From the NCBI RefSeq assembly GCF_009914755.1, contig NC_060931.1: DNA of 64,000 nucleotides; one strand, written 5' to 3'. The DNA is from the human T2T-CHM13v2.0 reference genome, Homo sapiens. Below the pieces are notes generated by a model. The model saw only the letters and a program-made list of their open reading frames with translations. It searched no databases and was not told the origin of the DNA. A program made the translations under genes and the position numbers. Positions within the stretch are counted from its first letter, which is position 1; the number at the start of each line of letters is the position of its first letter. This document shows, in pieces, positions 45,515-59,678 of the stretch.

Positions 45515-46381
45515 CTTAACAGTAATGGCAGAGCTATTTCTTTCTTCTTATTTACAAAAAAAAATCTTTACTGTTACGGCCCCATACATAAAGCAATTTA
45601 CTTGTTTCATAATTTAAATCATTAAAATATTTGCTTTTTGTTTTGCATTATGCCCTCAATAAGGACGTTATTTTTAAGTTTTCAGTAAATTACACGAAAT
45701 AAATTTATTTAGAATGTTAATTGTTTCTTTATAGAATTAAATGATAAATTATTTATTATCAAATTTATGAATGTATGTATAGCTGTCTCTATAAGATTCC
45801 GAGTTTGTTTTCTAAAAAAAAGTAGGTACATTTTTAAAAACAATATTTAATCAAATATGCTTATAGACATAAAATTCCAGCTATTACTAGTAAGTAACAG
45901 TATTACAATAATGACTCTGGTTTAGCCATTTCTTAGGTAATACATGCTTTGTGGCTCACCAAGTATATATTATCTCCAAAAAAGAAATTTAAAGGTCTAA
46001 TTGCATAAGCAGTTCATACATAGGTTCTAATAAGTTTATAATATTTTTTAATAATAGATATTATAAGTTTATCTATGGAATATTCAGTACTAGCTTCTAC
46101 CTACTTCCCTGGAAAATAACGTGTCTAAGGAGTAATTCAAAGAAAGAGGTAAATACTGAATTATTGTATTTAAGCTAACTTTTTTCTGTGGCTCAATTAA
46201 CTGATCTGTTAAAACAGAGGAAATGAACATTGTTTAAATAATTACATTCATTATAGTAAAAGGTAAATAAATGAGTATTCTCTTGGGTAGGGATCTACAT
46301 GCCTAATTCTTTGTCTTAATTTTTCACTTTTGAGTGGCTGTTGTAGCATCACATCCAAGAGTATCATTTATTCCAGAAATC

Positions 46382-46448
46382 TTTTTTTTTTTTTTTTTTT
46401 TTTTTTTAGATGGAGTCTCGCTATGTTGCCCAGGATGGACAGTGCAGT
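46382..46448 (-). mobile_element. Alu 3'-terminal fragment (~40 nt plus T26)
   Basis: T26 followed by agatggagtctcgctatgttgcccaggatggacagtgcagt. Confidence 0.88.
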
Positions 46449-46464
46449 CTTTGGTCCACCTTAA

Positions 46465-46763
<299 letters not shown>

Positions 46764-47199
46764 AAAGATCTCTTAGAACACTTTTCTCATAGATGATTAG
46801 TAGATGTTGAGGGTGTGGGAGCATAGAAAATTTTCTAGGATATATTGTTAAGGAACTTTTGGATTAAATAAAAATCTACGAAATTTTCTCTTTGAAGGAC
46901 TTCTTAAAGCCTAAGAGAAGATAATCAAATACACTCATTATTATCTTCTTACTAGCTGCAGTTGAATGGCTCTCATATGCTTTCTGTTGTTCTAAGTGAG
47001 GTCCATCTTGAACATAAGGAACAGGGACTGGGCCTACATGTGGTCACATAGAGGAATGGGCACCAGGCAGTTGGTTTATATCATCATTTGGCATCATTTG
47101 GTGAATGTCTTATAGATAGTGTTTAGATTAGATAGGTCACATATACCCACATTCCATTTTATCAAATCATCAAAAAAATTATTTAAATTGTACCTATGT

Positions 47200-47360
47200 C
47201 AATATTTCCCAAACTTTCGTGATGATTTTAAAACAATCTGAATGATAGTTAAAAACAGGTATTTTGAGATCTTACACTAGACCACCTGATTCAGAATCTG
47301 TAGACAAGGGGGCCATTAATATAGAATTTCAATTTATTTTTCCAGGGGTTCTTATTAAGA
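47200..47360. mobile_element. MER5-like hAT MITE relic
   Basis: tttcccaaact...agaccacctgattcagaatct...ccaggggttcttat. Very diverged. Confidence 0.5.
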
Positions 47361-48627
47361 AAAGAAAAGCTAGAAAATAATATATTAGGATGGATAATAG
47401 AGTCTAGTCAGCCAAATTTAGCTCCGTTTTTTCGAAAGTGCATTTTATTCATTCTTGTGTGCAATAAAACTCAAGCTTTACAAATTTTCTGGGTGGCAGT
47501 AATCCCTCTGCATATACTTAGAATATAATAATATGTGCAAGTCTGATGATATTTACAATTTCCCTTAAGGTCCTTAGATGGTGCACATTACGTTTCTTAT
47601 GGCATGTAAACTTTTAATTTATCTTTTTAAAATTAAAATGTTTGTGGTTAAGTCTAAGGTAGGTGTATATACCTACATTAAATATTAACTCACACATACA
47701 TAACTATAGAGATATATCGACAAAATTAATGCTTTAACAACTTTTATCCATTATATCCAATGGGAAACGTTACGATTCTATAACAGATTATATATTCCTG
47801 AAACATGAATATTTACACAAAGCAGATGTTTTCTTCAGCTCTATTGTATTTCTAACTTTGCCGGTATAGTGTTCTTCTTAAGTATGACTCAATATTTGTA
47901 ATATGAAATTTTTTAAATTTGGAAAGTATTCTTTGTTTGCTTAAATATTAAGGAGAAAGAAACTCTTTAGAACCCATGGAATAGTATCATAATCTTAAAA
48001 TTTCTTTTTTCAATTTTCAATGTATTCATCACACACACACAAAAAAAAACTTGTCAACTGAAAAGCTTTTTGATGCTAAGAACCCTGCTAGGGTTGAACA
48101 GTGGGTACAAAGAGAGGATTGAAACAGAATACCTAGCCTAACAGGATTCACGGCCTAGCACAGAAGATGAACATATAAATGCATCGTAGAAACATCAGGG
48201 GACAAATGCCAAGAAGCTAGAGGCCTGTGGGCATCTGGTAAAAACTCATAAAGGACATAACCTGAAAGAAGAGCAATGAAGGCAAAACAGGAGCTTCCTT
48301 CTGGAGAAGAAAGGGAATAGCATTCCCGGATACAGTAGGGGGAGCTCAGGAATTGGACATGACCTGTGTAGATTGTGGTGACGGAGTGTGACAGGCATGA
48401 ATGCGACCACGTGTCAAGTATAGAAGACTCAAGTAAGCCAATAAAAGAAATGCATTAAAAATTTCTAAGGTGAATTTAGACTATAATCTGCAGACAATGA
48501 GGAGTCAAAGATTTTTTTACAAGAGTGATACTGTGAGGTGGGAGGGATGAGAAAATAATACAAATTAGAAGGAAGCTGTAATATGCTGTGCAAGAGGTGA
48601 TGAGGGTTTAACCTGGAGGATTCAGAG

Positions 48628-48806
48628 CAGAGATTCTTCATCTTGGCTAAACATTTGAATCAGCTGGGGAGCTGCAAAAGTATAATGGCCCAACAGTACT
48701 TTAGATCAAATACAGCAGCATCTCTGAAAGGGGTGAAACCAAGGCATTTGTACTGTTGAGAGCTCCCTTGGTGATTCTAATGTGCAGCCACAACTGAGAA
48801 GCAATT
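48628..48806. mobile_element. MER5A-like (hAT-Charlie) MITE within an L2 relic (~48060-48960)
   Basis: cttggctaaacatttgaatcagctggggagc...gctcccttggtgattctaatgtgcagcc...tgagaagc. Confidence 0.75.
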
Positions 48807-49177
48807 ACATTGTCGGTTCTAGTGGGCTGAATGGCTGACGCGTTTGGGTGATAAGAGCAAGGAAAACGTAAGATTGGTTCCAGAGATTCTTACTGGAGGA
48901 ACTAAATTGTTCAGCATTAACAATGATGCAAAATATGAGGACGACTAGTACTGTGAACATGATAGTGAGTTCAATTTTTAATATTTTAAACTTAAAGAAA
49001 AGCATGTTACAATATTGTAGAGGTTCTTTCTGCACTTGTTTATAAAATATTATTTTTGGGAGAAGGAGAAAAGCTCCTACGGACAAAATAAAAAGAAAGA
49101 CAAAGAAGAATGTAAATATTAAGATTTCTATCAATAGAATCTCTGAGTCTCCAGCCTCTGGAAATACAGTCTCCTCC

Positions 49178-49499
<322 letters not shown>

Positions 49500-50699
49500 C
49501 TTCCTCCAGTTTAGCCTGAGTTGTTTATTATTTAGCTTCAACAAACAATCACATATTCATTCTATGAGCCAGGTTTCATGGTACAGGCTCAACAAAAGAC
49601 AAGTAAGACTTAGTTTCAATTTTACTTAAAGCTTATTATCTTCCTTCCAGACTCTGGCCGCTTATATCCCTGTCCTTCATTAGTAAACGTCACTGAGGCA
49701 GGGCAGGATTTACCTACCCAGAAGCTGGATAATTCTTACAATGAAACACTAAAACTAAAGGAGAGATCTAGAATTAAACAGCACTATTTATCTCGTGTTG
49801 CTGATAGATTTCAGCATATAACTAAACCGGGCGGGTTAGGTAAGGTGAATATGTGGGTAGGGGGATAAGAGTGAGAGAAGGATTTATTTGCCTCCAGATG
49901 ATCTCTGCATGCGTAATCCTAGTAAAGTTCAGATTACCTCTATGCACCAACCTATAATTTATGTAAGTTATAAAAAAATGTTGAAACAACAACAACAAAA
50001 ACTACCAGGGTACTAGTTACAAAAAACTGTTAACATCTCAGCTTCTACTCTAGTTCCTCACACCAATGATTAAATTCGATATTCAGGTGTTCAAAGAAAG
50101 ATCAGTATTTGATAAGTGAATAATAATAATGTAAACTACGCCTAATTCTTTGTATTTTTGTGTGGTTAAGCAGTACTCGGCCTTTTTGCCAGTGAGTATT
50201 AAACTAATATTTTATGCAAGTGCCTTGCTTAAAATAACACATTGTCTTCATCATCCCCAATTTTAAATACTTCTGTGTTCCTAACACTTGTGTATATTTA
50301 AAATGTTGTATAAAATTTAAAGTATTCAGAACACACAGAGGTGCAATATCTCTGAAGAAATAATGTTATTAGGTAAAGTTGAATTTAACAGAAGGTCTAA
50401 GTAAAGAGATGTTTAAGAAAGGAGAGTTTATAGCTTAACAGTGACTAAAATTTATTAATAAGTAGATGTTTTAGCTCAAAGTATTTACATTTAATGAATA
50501 ATTAAATTTTTGAAGTTCAAAACCTTGAACAGGTTCCAGAAAATAAAGCAGGTTTTTCAAACTATGTGCCAAGAAGCTAGTAAATACTATTTAGATTCAT
50601 AGTAAAACAGAGTCGGCATTTAATCATAGTGGAATAGATATAACCTTTAAGATATTATTTTTTTCTAAAGATATTATCACATATAATACAAACCCACAA

Positions 50700-52500
50700 C
50701 AACTTAGCTATAACATGCTAGAAATATTCCATTAAAATTGAAAGCAATACAGATATATCTCCTAATATTTCTGGAGGTCCTTAAAAGTACAATGAAAGAC
50801 ATGAAACAGAAATGAGAAATAAACACAGAAAAGCAAGAGAGTAAATTGGTCAATAAATTGCAGAACAACATAAATGTAGAATAATATTTAACATACCAAT
50901 AATTTCAAATTATAAAATACAATAAAACCTCAATTTCAACAACAAAAATACAAACTGAATAGGAAAAACTTGAAAAAAATGTGTGCGACATGTATTTTTA
51001 AAGGTCTTAAAATAATACTACAAAATATTTTCCTAAAAATGTGAATAATTTAAGATAAAGATAATTTGAGGCGATGGGAAGGCTGATTGCTTTAAAGGTG
51101 TTAAGTGTTTACATATTTATTTGGAAGATGAAAACTGTTCCTATCTAAACATAATTGAGAATTGTTCGAGACTTATTAAAATATTCTAAAGTGTATCTAG
51201 AGATTTATCCTGATGAATAAAATATCTGACAAATGGAAAGCAATATGTAGGCTGCATATGATAATTTAATACATTATAAAGAAAACATATGCAACTGAAA
51301 AGTCATGAAATTTATCGAAAAGTGATACTTTAACAATGAATATGAAAACATAATTTTAACTTCCACGTCATAAACCTAAATAATGCCTAAATAAAATAAT
51401 AATTAAAAATTATGGAAGAAACTAAAATCTAATAGGGAACCAAATATATTTTTTAAATACCTCAATAATAAGAGATGTATTTCTCATTATTCAAACTATG
51501 AACATAATTATAATTGCAAAAGAAAGGAGGAACAGTTAATAAAAACATCCATATTGAAATATACATATAAAATTAATAGCTACACAAACTATGAAAATAT
51601 TTTTAGAATATAAAACAGAGAAATGATTTGAGTATTTGTTGTATACAGGCCTCATTCATATTAAGAAAATATATACTCCTTTAAGAATTAATGGACCAAA
51701 AAAGCCTACAAAGAGAAATGTATCTATTTATTTCTTCAAAAAAATATTTATTGAGCACAAACTATAAGGTAAGCAAAGCACTGTTCTAAATCTGAAGAAA
51801 GGGCAGCAGATAGACAATAAGCAGTGCCCTTAAGCAGGACAGATTGACATTAAACAAGATGAGAAATTGTGGTTTAATATATTAGAATACAATAATTGCT
51901 ATGGAGAAAAAGAATGCAGAGAAAGAAGAAATGTGGGTGATAGTGGGAGGAGGCAGACTGTAGCTTCCAATTAACAAATAAGTAGTTGGAGAATTACAAT
52001 GTAACCTAAAATTTAATCCTCGCTATTAATAGTATAATTTTGATTAAAATAATATATAGATGTTTTGAAAATAATGAAAGTTAATGGGCAACTATCATTC
52101 ATGAAAATGTATAATGCTATAATTCTTTCCAAAAGCAAAGTGGTATATTTATCAGAATTCTTAAGAATGTTCATAACCCTTGACTCAGGAATTCCAATTC
52201 TAGAAACTTAACTGAAGTAAACAGAATTAGAGAAATAGCTTTTAAGAAATGCAATGCTCAACGCAGTTTTAACAGTCAAAATGTTAATAAATTTGGAATT
52301 GGGAAGACTGAATGTCCACCAATATTTACACAGAGCTCAATGTTATCCTTATACACATATTTTCCGTGGTCATTAAAAATTATGCCTGCAAGACCTATAA
52401 ATACATGGAAAATATTTTTAAAAATCAGATAATTTTGTTGTATATAAAATTTTCTTCAATTATGTTTACATATGGAAATGTTTACAAGCAAAACAAAAAT
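50700..52500 (+). mobile_element. Ancient L1M (ME-like) relic with an L2 3' end at ~51725-51960
   Basis: A-rich decayed ORF2-like text. aatgttcataacccttgactcaggaattccaattctagaaa resembles the L1ME 3' region, and aaatattttattgagcac...gcactgttcta resembles the L2 3' end. Confidence 0.5.
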
Positions 52501-53169
52501 ATTTCAGAAAATAAAATATGTAGAAATAATTTGACTTAAGATGTTAGTCTTTTTTTTCTAGAATTACAGACTTTTATAGTGAATGGGACTATACAATCAC
52601 TAAGTTTAACTTCTCAACCAATATAGTGCCACTCCACATTATGCCTAAAAAGAGTAACTCTTTAGCTAATGTCAGAGATAGAGGTCCACTCTCTGCAAAA
52701 ATAGACTTCTACGTAACTTCCATGTTATCCTACAAGCCCTAAGTTTATCTGACTAAATTACAAGTTCCAGACTGGGAACATATGAAAGGATGTAAGACAA
52801 GTGCCTTACTCATTTGTCTAACCACATAGAATTTTTCCAACTAGAAGCGTGATATTAACAGTTTCTTCCCTGTGCACCATCGTTGAAGTCCAGATGGACT
52901 GGACTGTACCGTCACAGCTAAATTCCCTTGCTCACAGTGCCATCCTTTCCAAGAGAAGACAGCCACTCTTTTCTCACCTCCTTGTTAAATAAAGTCTTCC
53001 TCATGGTTTACATCATGGTTTTTATCCTCCTTATTTAATAGTATAAATAACATTTGTAATAATAAGCATAATAACAGCAATACAAACACATTATAAAAGG
53101 ACATAATTAAGAAGTAACTAGTGGAGATACTTAACAAATGTAAATTCTGTTAGTCCCTCTCTACCCCAA

Positions 53170-53320
53170 ACCACAATGTAGGTACTTTATTTCACTTTTC
53201 CAAATTAGGAAACTGGTGTTCAGGAAGACCAAATAACTTGCTGCAGTAACACAACTACAAATTTAGCTGAGCGGAAATTTGTCCTTGAGTCTTAAAGAAG
53301 CCAAAGCTAGTGTTTTGTGG
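53170..53320 (-). mobile_element. MIR relic
   Basis: aggaaactgg...aaataacttgc...aacacaacta matches the MIR core. Confidence 0.55.
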
Positions 53321-54045
53321 TTCTTTCTTCCATTTTTCCACATCATCATAACCTTCCTAGGATCCTTCAGCTAGAACAAATCTCTTTTCCGTTTCTCAAA
53401 TGTACTTTGAATGTGAATTTTAGGCTACCTTGTATAATATTACGGCTATTCATACCTCTCTTTCTCATACCACCTAGCCATCTCTCTCTGTCTCTCTCTC
53501 TCTCACACACACAGACACAATCAGTACAGAGAAGAAAATATTTGCTCAACAAATACCTGCTGAACTGACCTAAAGAGAATTCCAATTAACCTATCACCAG
53601 TAACCCTTTCTTAGCTGTTTTAATTTCAGTATGAAAGATAGCATAAGTACGAAATCCCCCGAATCTACCATCAAAGACCAACCCTACTGACACAGAACTG
53701 TAAAAAATGTAGAGCAGTGAAAATGGAAAATAATTTTAATACTTCTAAAGGACAAGAGTACATAAATCCTAGGTGGTGCTACATTTTACTATTGTAGTTA
53801 TTGGCATTATGGAATAAAGTTTTAAATGGACTTTTTTCAAGTCAAATATCATTACAGAAATGGGGCTATAACTGTACACTGTGGTAAATTTTCAGCATCT
53901 AATGACTCATGAGTGCTTGCCAAAACATGCAGATTTTGAAAGAAAAAGTTCAACTCTTTTTTGATTTACTACAGAGTAAATCACAGAAAAGTTAGTGTTG
54001 CATTTGGCCACGAAGTTGAGAATAAGATACAGAAATTAGCAAAAT

Positions 54046-54121
54046 AAAAATATCTAACTAGCTTAATCCTTTTCCTGGGAAAAGAAAAATATCTAACTAG
54101 CATACCCCCCTTCCTGGGAAA
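54046..54121. repeat. Two-copy direct repeat, 39-bp period
   Basis: aaaaatatctaactagc...ttcctgggaaa at 54046-54082 and 54085-54121. Confidence 0.9.
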
Positions 54122-54839
54122 CTTTGATCACTACCCTGTGAAAGGTTTTCAAACAATTATGAATGTATTTGCTCTAAGAATATTTCCATGAAATTATTGT
54201 CATATATGGAAAGAGAATTATATGCATTTAATGAGTTGACTGGAAAGTAGGCAAACATGAGTGAATGAGGTTTGTATAAAGAATAAATAATAGATATTGA
54301 ACTAACATAAAATCCAAATAGCCAGGAAGGCTATTCTTATTGGTTAAATATTTCTTATTACAAAGAATGCTGAATTCAATGTTCAAAAGAAATGTTTTAG
54401 TCCATTTGTAAGATCATTACCGTCTAAAGGCAATACTTTAATTCTAGGTAAGTCAGTAACATATCCCATTAAAGGGAGCCATACAAATTTATGTCCTCTG
54501 TGTTTTGAAGAGGACATGTTATAAACAAACATATTATGTTATGTTATGTCCTCTTTGTTTATCTTTAAAACTGAGAAACAGATAGACTACTTGTGTATAA
54601 CAAGCATCATACTGGCAGAAAATAACAAGTTTCCTTATAATTGTATTAATGTGATAAAAAATGCAGTAAGAATATTTAATTAGCTCAACACATAATTTTA
54701 GCTATATCGTCTACTAAATCAGCTTTCTCCCGTCTTAATCATTTGCCTTCATACCACTTCAATCATTCAACCAATGTGATCAACTGTATCCTCTAATTAT
54801 CTCATACCTCTTTTATGATTTTCTTGTGTGTCTGTGTGT

Positions 54840-55138
54840 GTTTGTTTTTGAGACAGGGTCTCACTCTGTCACCAAGGTTGAAGTGCAGTGGCACAATCAT
54901 GGCTCACTGCAGCCTTGACCTCCTGGGCTCAGGTGATCCTCTCACCTAAGCCTCCCAAGTAGCTGAGACTACAGATTACAGGTGTGTGCCAACATGCTCA
55001 GATTATTTGTGTATTTTTTGAAGAGACTGGGTTTCTCCATGTTGCCCAGACTAGTCTTGAACCCCTGGGCTTCAACAATTCACCAGCCTCAGCCTCCCAA
55101 AGTGCTGGAATTACAGGGATGAGCCACCACACTCAGTC
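54840..55138 (-). mobile_element. AluJ-type SINE
   Basis: gagacagggtctcactctgtc...tggctcactgcagccttgacctcctgggctcaggtgatcc (AluJ diagnostics). Confidence 0.93.
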
Positions 55139-55559
55139 TATGTTTTTCTATATCAAGCCACTCATTAATTTTAAGCTATAGCCTATTAATTGTCATACCT
55201 GCCTCCAATCTAATAGAGAAACAATGACCATTCTATTCTTTTGTCTAAAATTTATTACTACTGATTTGGAATACAACTGCTTTAGTATAACATATCTTCT
55301 GATTTTCTTATTGTCCACCCCTCTAATTCATCACTCTTTGTCTCGCTCACAGTCAACTATTTTCATTTACCTTAACTCCCCGTGATATTTCACACCTCAT
55401 GTCTGTTCTCGTTATTGTCCCCCAGGACTCCCTACTTTGTGATTTCTAAGTATCTTTCAAGACTCAGCTCAAGTGTTACCTCTTTTTGAAATTCATCTCT
55501 AGCCACTCTTTCATCAACACCCCAGTAGTTGGATTCTTCTTCTCATGCATCTTTTAAGG

Positions 55560-55730
55560 TTAGCTAGAACTAAAATTCAAAGTGTGTTTTTTGCTACATA
55601 TGAGTTATTTACTCTGAACAAGTTAACCTCACTATGCATCAGTTATCTCATCTGTATAATAAATATAATAATATAATAACAATATAATATAAAGGTTATT
55701 GCTTCAGTGAAAGTAAAGTACATTGCCCAA
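55560..55730 (+). mobile_element. MIR relic
   Basis: ctctgaacaagttaacctc...catcagttatctcatctgtataat. Confidence 0.55.
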
Positions 55731-55980
55731 AATATTTAGGTCTTTTTCTCTGACCTGTGCTGTTTATACTTATGTAATACTGGTAAGAGTGGTTTGCCCT
55801 AATTTATTTTTTGTGTCCCCGAGCAGACTCTCTGAACACCTTGAGAGAAAATATGTAGTAAATTACTCAACTCTATCTCAGCACCTAATCTATGAGTACT
55901 AAGGACTGATATCCATTTCTCATGCGAGCATTCACTAAGGGCTAATGCTGTGTTTCATGGATTGGAAGTATATATTATAT

Positions 55981-56322
<342 letters not shown>

Positions 56323-57523
56323 GTTTTGTGTTCAACATATCCTTTCCTCTTACTTAGCAGACAAGAACATGTAAAGAACAGACTATATGGGCAAATAGTT
56401 ACAGAGGGAAGAAAGCTGTGAATACTATTAAATAGAAACTGACCAAAGCATGGAATTTGAGAAGAGAAAAATATTTCCATCTTGACAGGGTGGAAGAATG
56501 GAGGAAAAATAGAATTGGAAGTAATAGAAAGGAAATGAGGAAGATTTTAAGGAGTCTATAGCATTTGAGTTGATACTTGGAAAGATAGCTAGGATTGGAA
56601 CAAAGAGATACCCAAGAGATCAAGTTAGAAATATCAGATAGAGGGGAAAAAATTAAAGCACAGTGAGGGAAGTGCTGAGTATGTTTAGTTGCTAGCAAAT
56701 AAGTCTACTAAAGTTCACAATAGCAAAACTGGTTAGTGTCTTTCACCAACAAACATAGAGTCCAGATTGATGGTTTGGCAGCTTAACCAAATTTGGGTAT
56801 GTTGAACATCAAAGCATATTCTTAGGCATAGCAGCTACGTGATGGGATTAAATTATCACAGTTGTACTGACATCTTCAAAGCCTTGAACAAGTGGCTGAC
56901 ACATTCATTGTTATTTAATTAAGGTGAAGAAAACTGAAAAAAAAATCAAGAAAATGCTTGCTACAGTTATTTTAAAACCCTTAAAGAGTGAAAGCACAGA
57001 AATAACCTTCAAAAGAAAGCAGCAATTTTTCTTCTTGCTGGTATCATTTAAATACAACACTCATACTACACTCAAATGTGAATAGTAACAGAGCATTACC
57101 TCATCTGATGAATGGAAGAAGCTATTTTTCTACCGCTAACTGGCATGAGAAAGAGTAAAACTCCTGGAGGAAATTAGCAAATCTTAAAGGTGTGGATGAC
57201 ATTCTGTAGCACTGCTTGTCCAAAAAAAATGACACAAATTACAGCACTGAACTCTAAAGCCAAACAACAGCAAGCACTCTCTCCATGGCAAAATGTACTT
57301 TTTTCCTAGGATTAATCTCCAAACATGCCAAAATTTTAGTGTCAATTTGCTGTATATTACAAGCATCACTAAGGAATCAGCTGAATCTATCTGTCTCTCT
57401 CTTAAATAGACACACACATATACACAGAGGAACTTTCTACTGGAGAACATAAGAAAACACCTTTTTATGCTCCAGAAAACAATCATACATTTAAGAAATC
57501 TTTTCTATATTTATATTATTTCA

Positions 57524-57964
<441 letters not shown>

Positions 57965-58069
57965 CTAGTTCTCAATACATTTTCTAAAACCAATACAATA
58001 AGTGGTAATTTAAAAATCTATACAGATGAATATGTAAGCAAAAGCATAGGAATGCTAAAAGGCTGAATT

Positions 58070-58352
58070 CACAGTGTTGAAGGTCCACGATACTTTTAGA
58101 GGATAATAGAAATGTTTTAATTTTCATTTCTTTTAAAAACCCAAGAAAAAATGACTATAATAATATTGGATACATAACAGTGAAACCAATCTGAATTACA
58201 TACATCTTTTTAGAAACACTGTTGTATAATATAATATTTTTACTGTTAAATTTTTAACAGCTGAATAATTTTTTATTATATAGAAATGGGCTCAAGAAGG
58301 GCTCAAGAAGGCAAAAGTGCCTAAGGCTCATGAAAGTCAAAATGTCATCCTG
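58070..58352. mobile_element. Probable hAT (Tip100-type) DNA transposon relic
   Basis: aaggcaaaagtgcctaaggctcatgaaagtcaaaatgtcatcctg resembles a hAT terminus. Family uncertain. Confidence 0.35.
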
Positions 58353-59119
58353 CCTGAAGTTACTTCTGGTGCTGAAAGAAGGGAAATAGTATCAGAGGAG
58401 AATAAGTAAAGAGAGCTCCTCAACTTTTTCTTAATGTTTTATTTACTTAAAATATGTTAAGTGGATATAGTATAATGAGATTTGATAAAACCCTTTGTGG
58501 TACATACAAGTTTGCCTGTTTTTGCTAGCATTTTGTTTTATAATAATTCACAATCAAAACATTAATTATCCTTTTGAGTCAATGAATTAATTGGTACTTA
58601 TTAGATTTTTAAGGATAAAATTTGATAATTTCTCTTGAAGATAAACTATTAGTTTGGTCTTCATCAAATATTTTTTACCTCTGAAATAAACATTCTTTGG
58701 GAAAAAATGTGTCACATCATGAGAAATTTGATTTTAATTTACAGAATTCTTCTTCTAACCAAAAATTAGACCATGAACTTTCTTCAAAAATTATATTGGT
58801 TATGGACTTTTAACAGGGTATGAATAAAGTTGGGGTCTAATAAAGTTGGTATGGCAATAAAAGGTATACAGTATTTCCACCAGATTTTATTTCAAAATTT
58901 ATTATTTTGTTCTAACTCTAGAACTTAATAAGAACAAACTTCAAAATATAATACAGAAATTAAAATGCAAAGGTTCCTTAAAGATTAAAATCTTTGAAAA
59001 TGACAATTAAAAAATACATAAATCAAGGAGACTGGCATAGAGCTTTTAGCGCAGTACTTGTTACAAAGCAGGTATTTATTTTCTAATATATTAGCTGTTT
59101 TCAATTTAAAAGTCTATTT

Positions 59120-59230
59120 TCACTAGACTGTAAACTCCATGAAGAGAAGCCTTTTTGTTTTGTTTTGTTCATTGCTGTACCTCCATCATATGGTACGGTT
59201 GCTGGAATACAGTATGTGTTCAATTCATGT
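59120..59230 (+). mobile_element. L2 3' end
   Basis: cactagactgtaaactccatgaag...ttgttcattgctgtacctc. Confidence 0.7.
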
Positions 59231-59264
59231 AAGTCATGGAGCAGTCAACTAGAGTTAAGCTTCA

Positions 59265-59411
<147 letters not shown>

Positions 59412-59414
59412 TCA

Positions 59415-59678
<264 letters not shown>

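Noticed and set aside
52810-52920. Minus-strand segment ending in a gtaagg donor
   Set aside because: Stops in all three frames and no clear acceptor.
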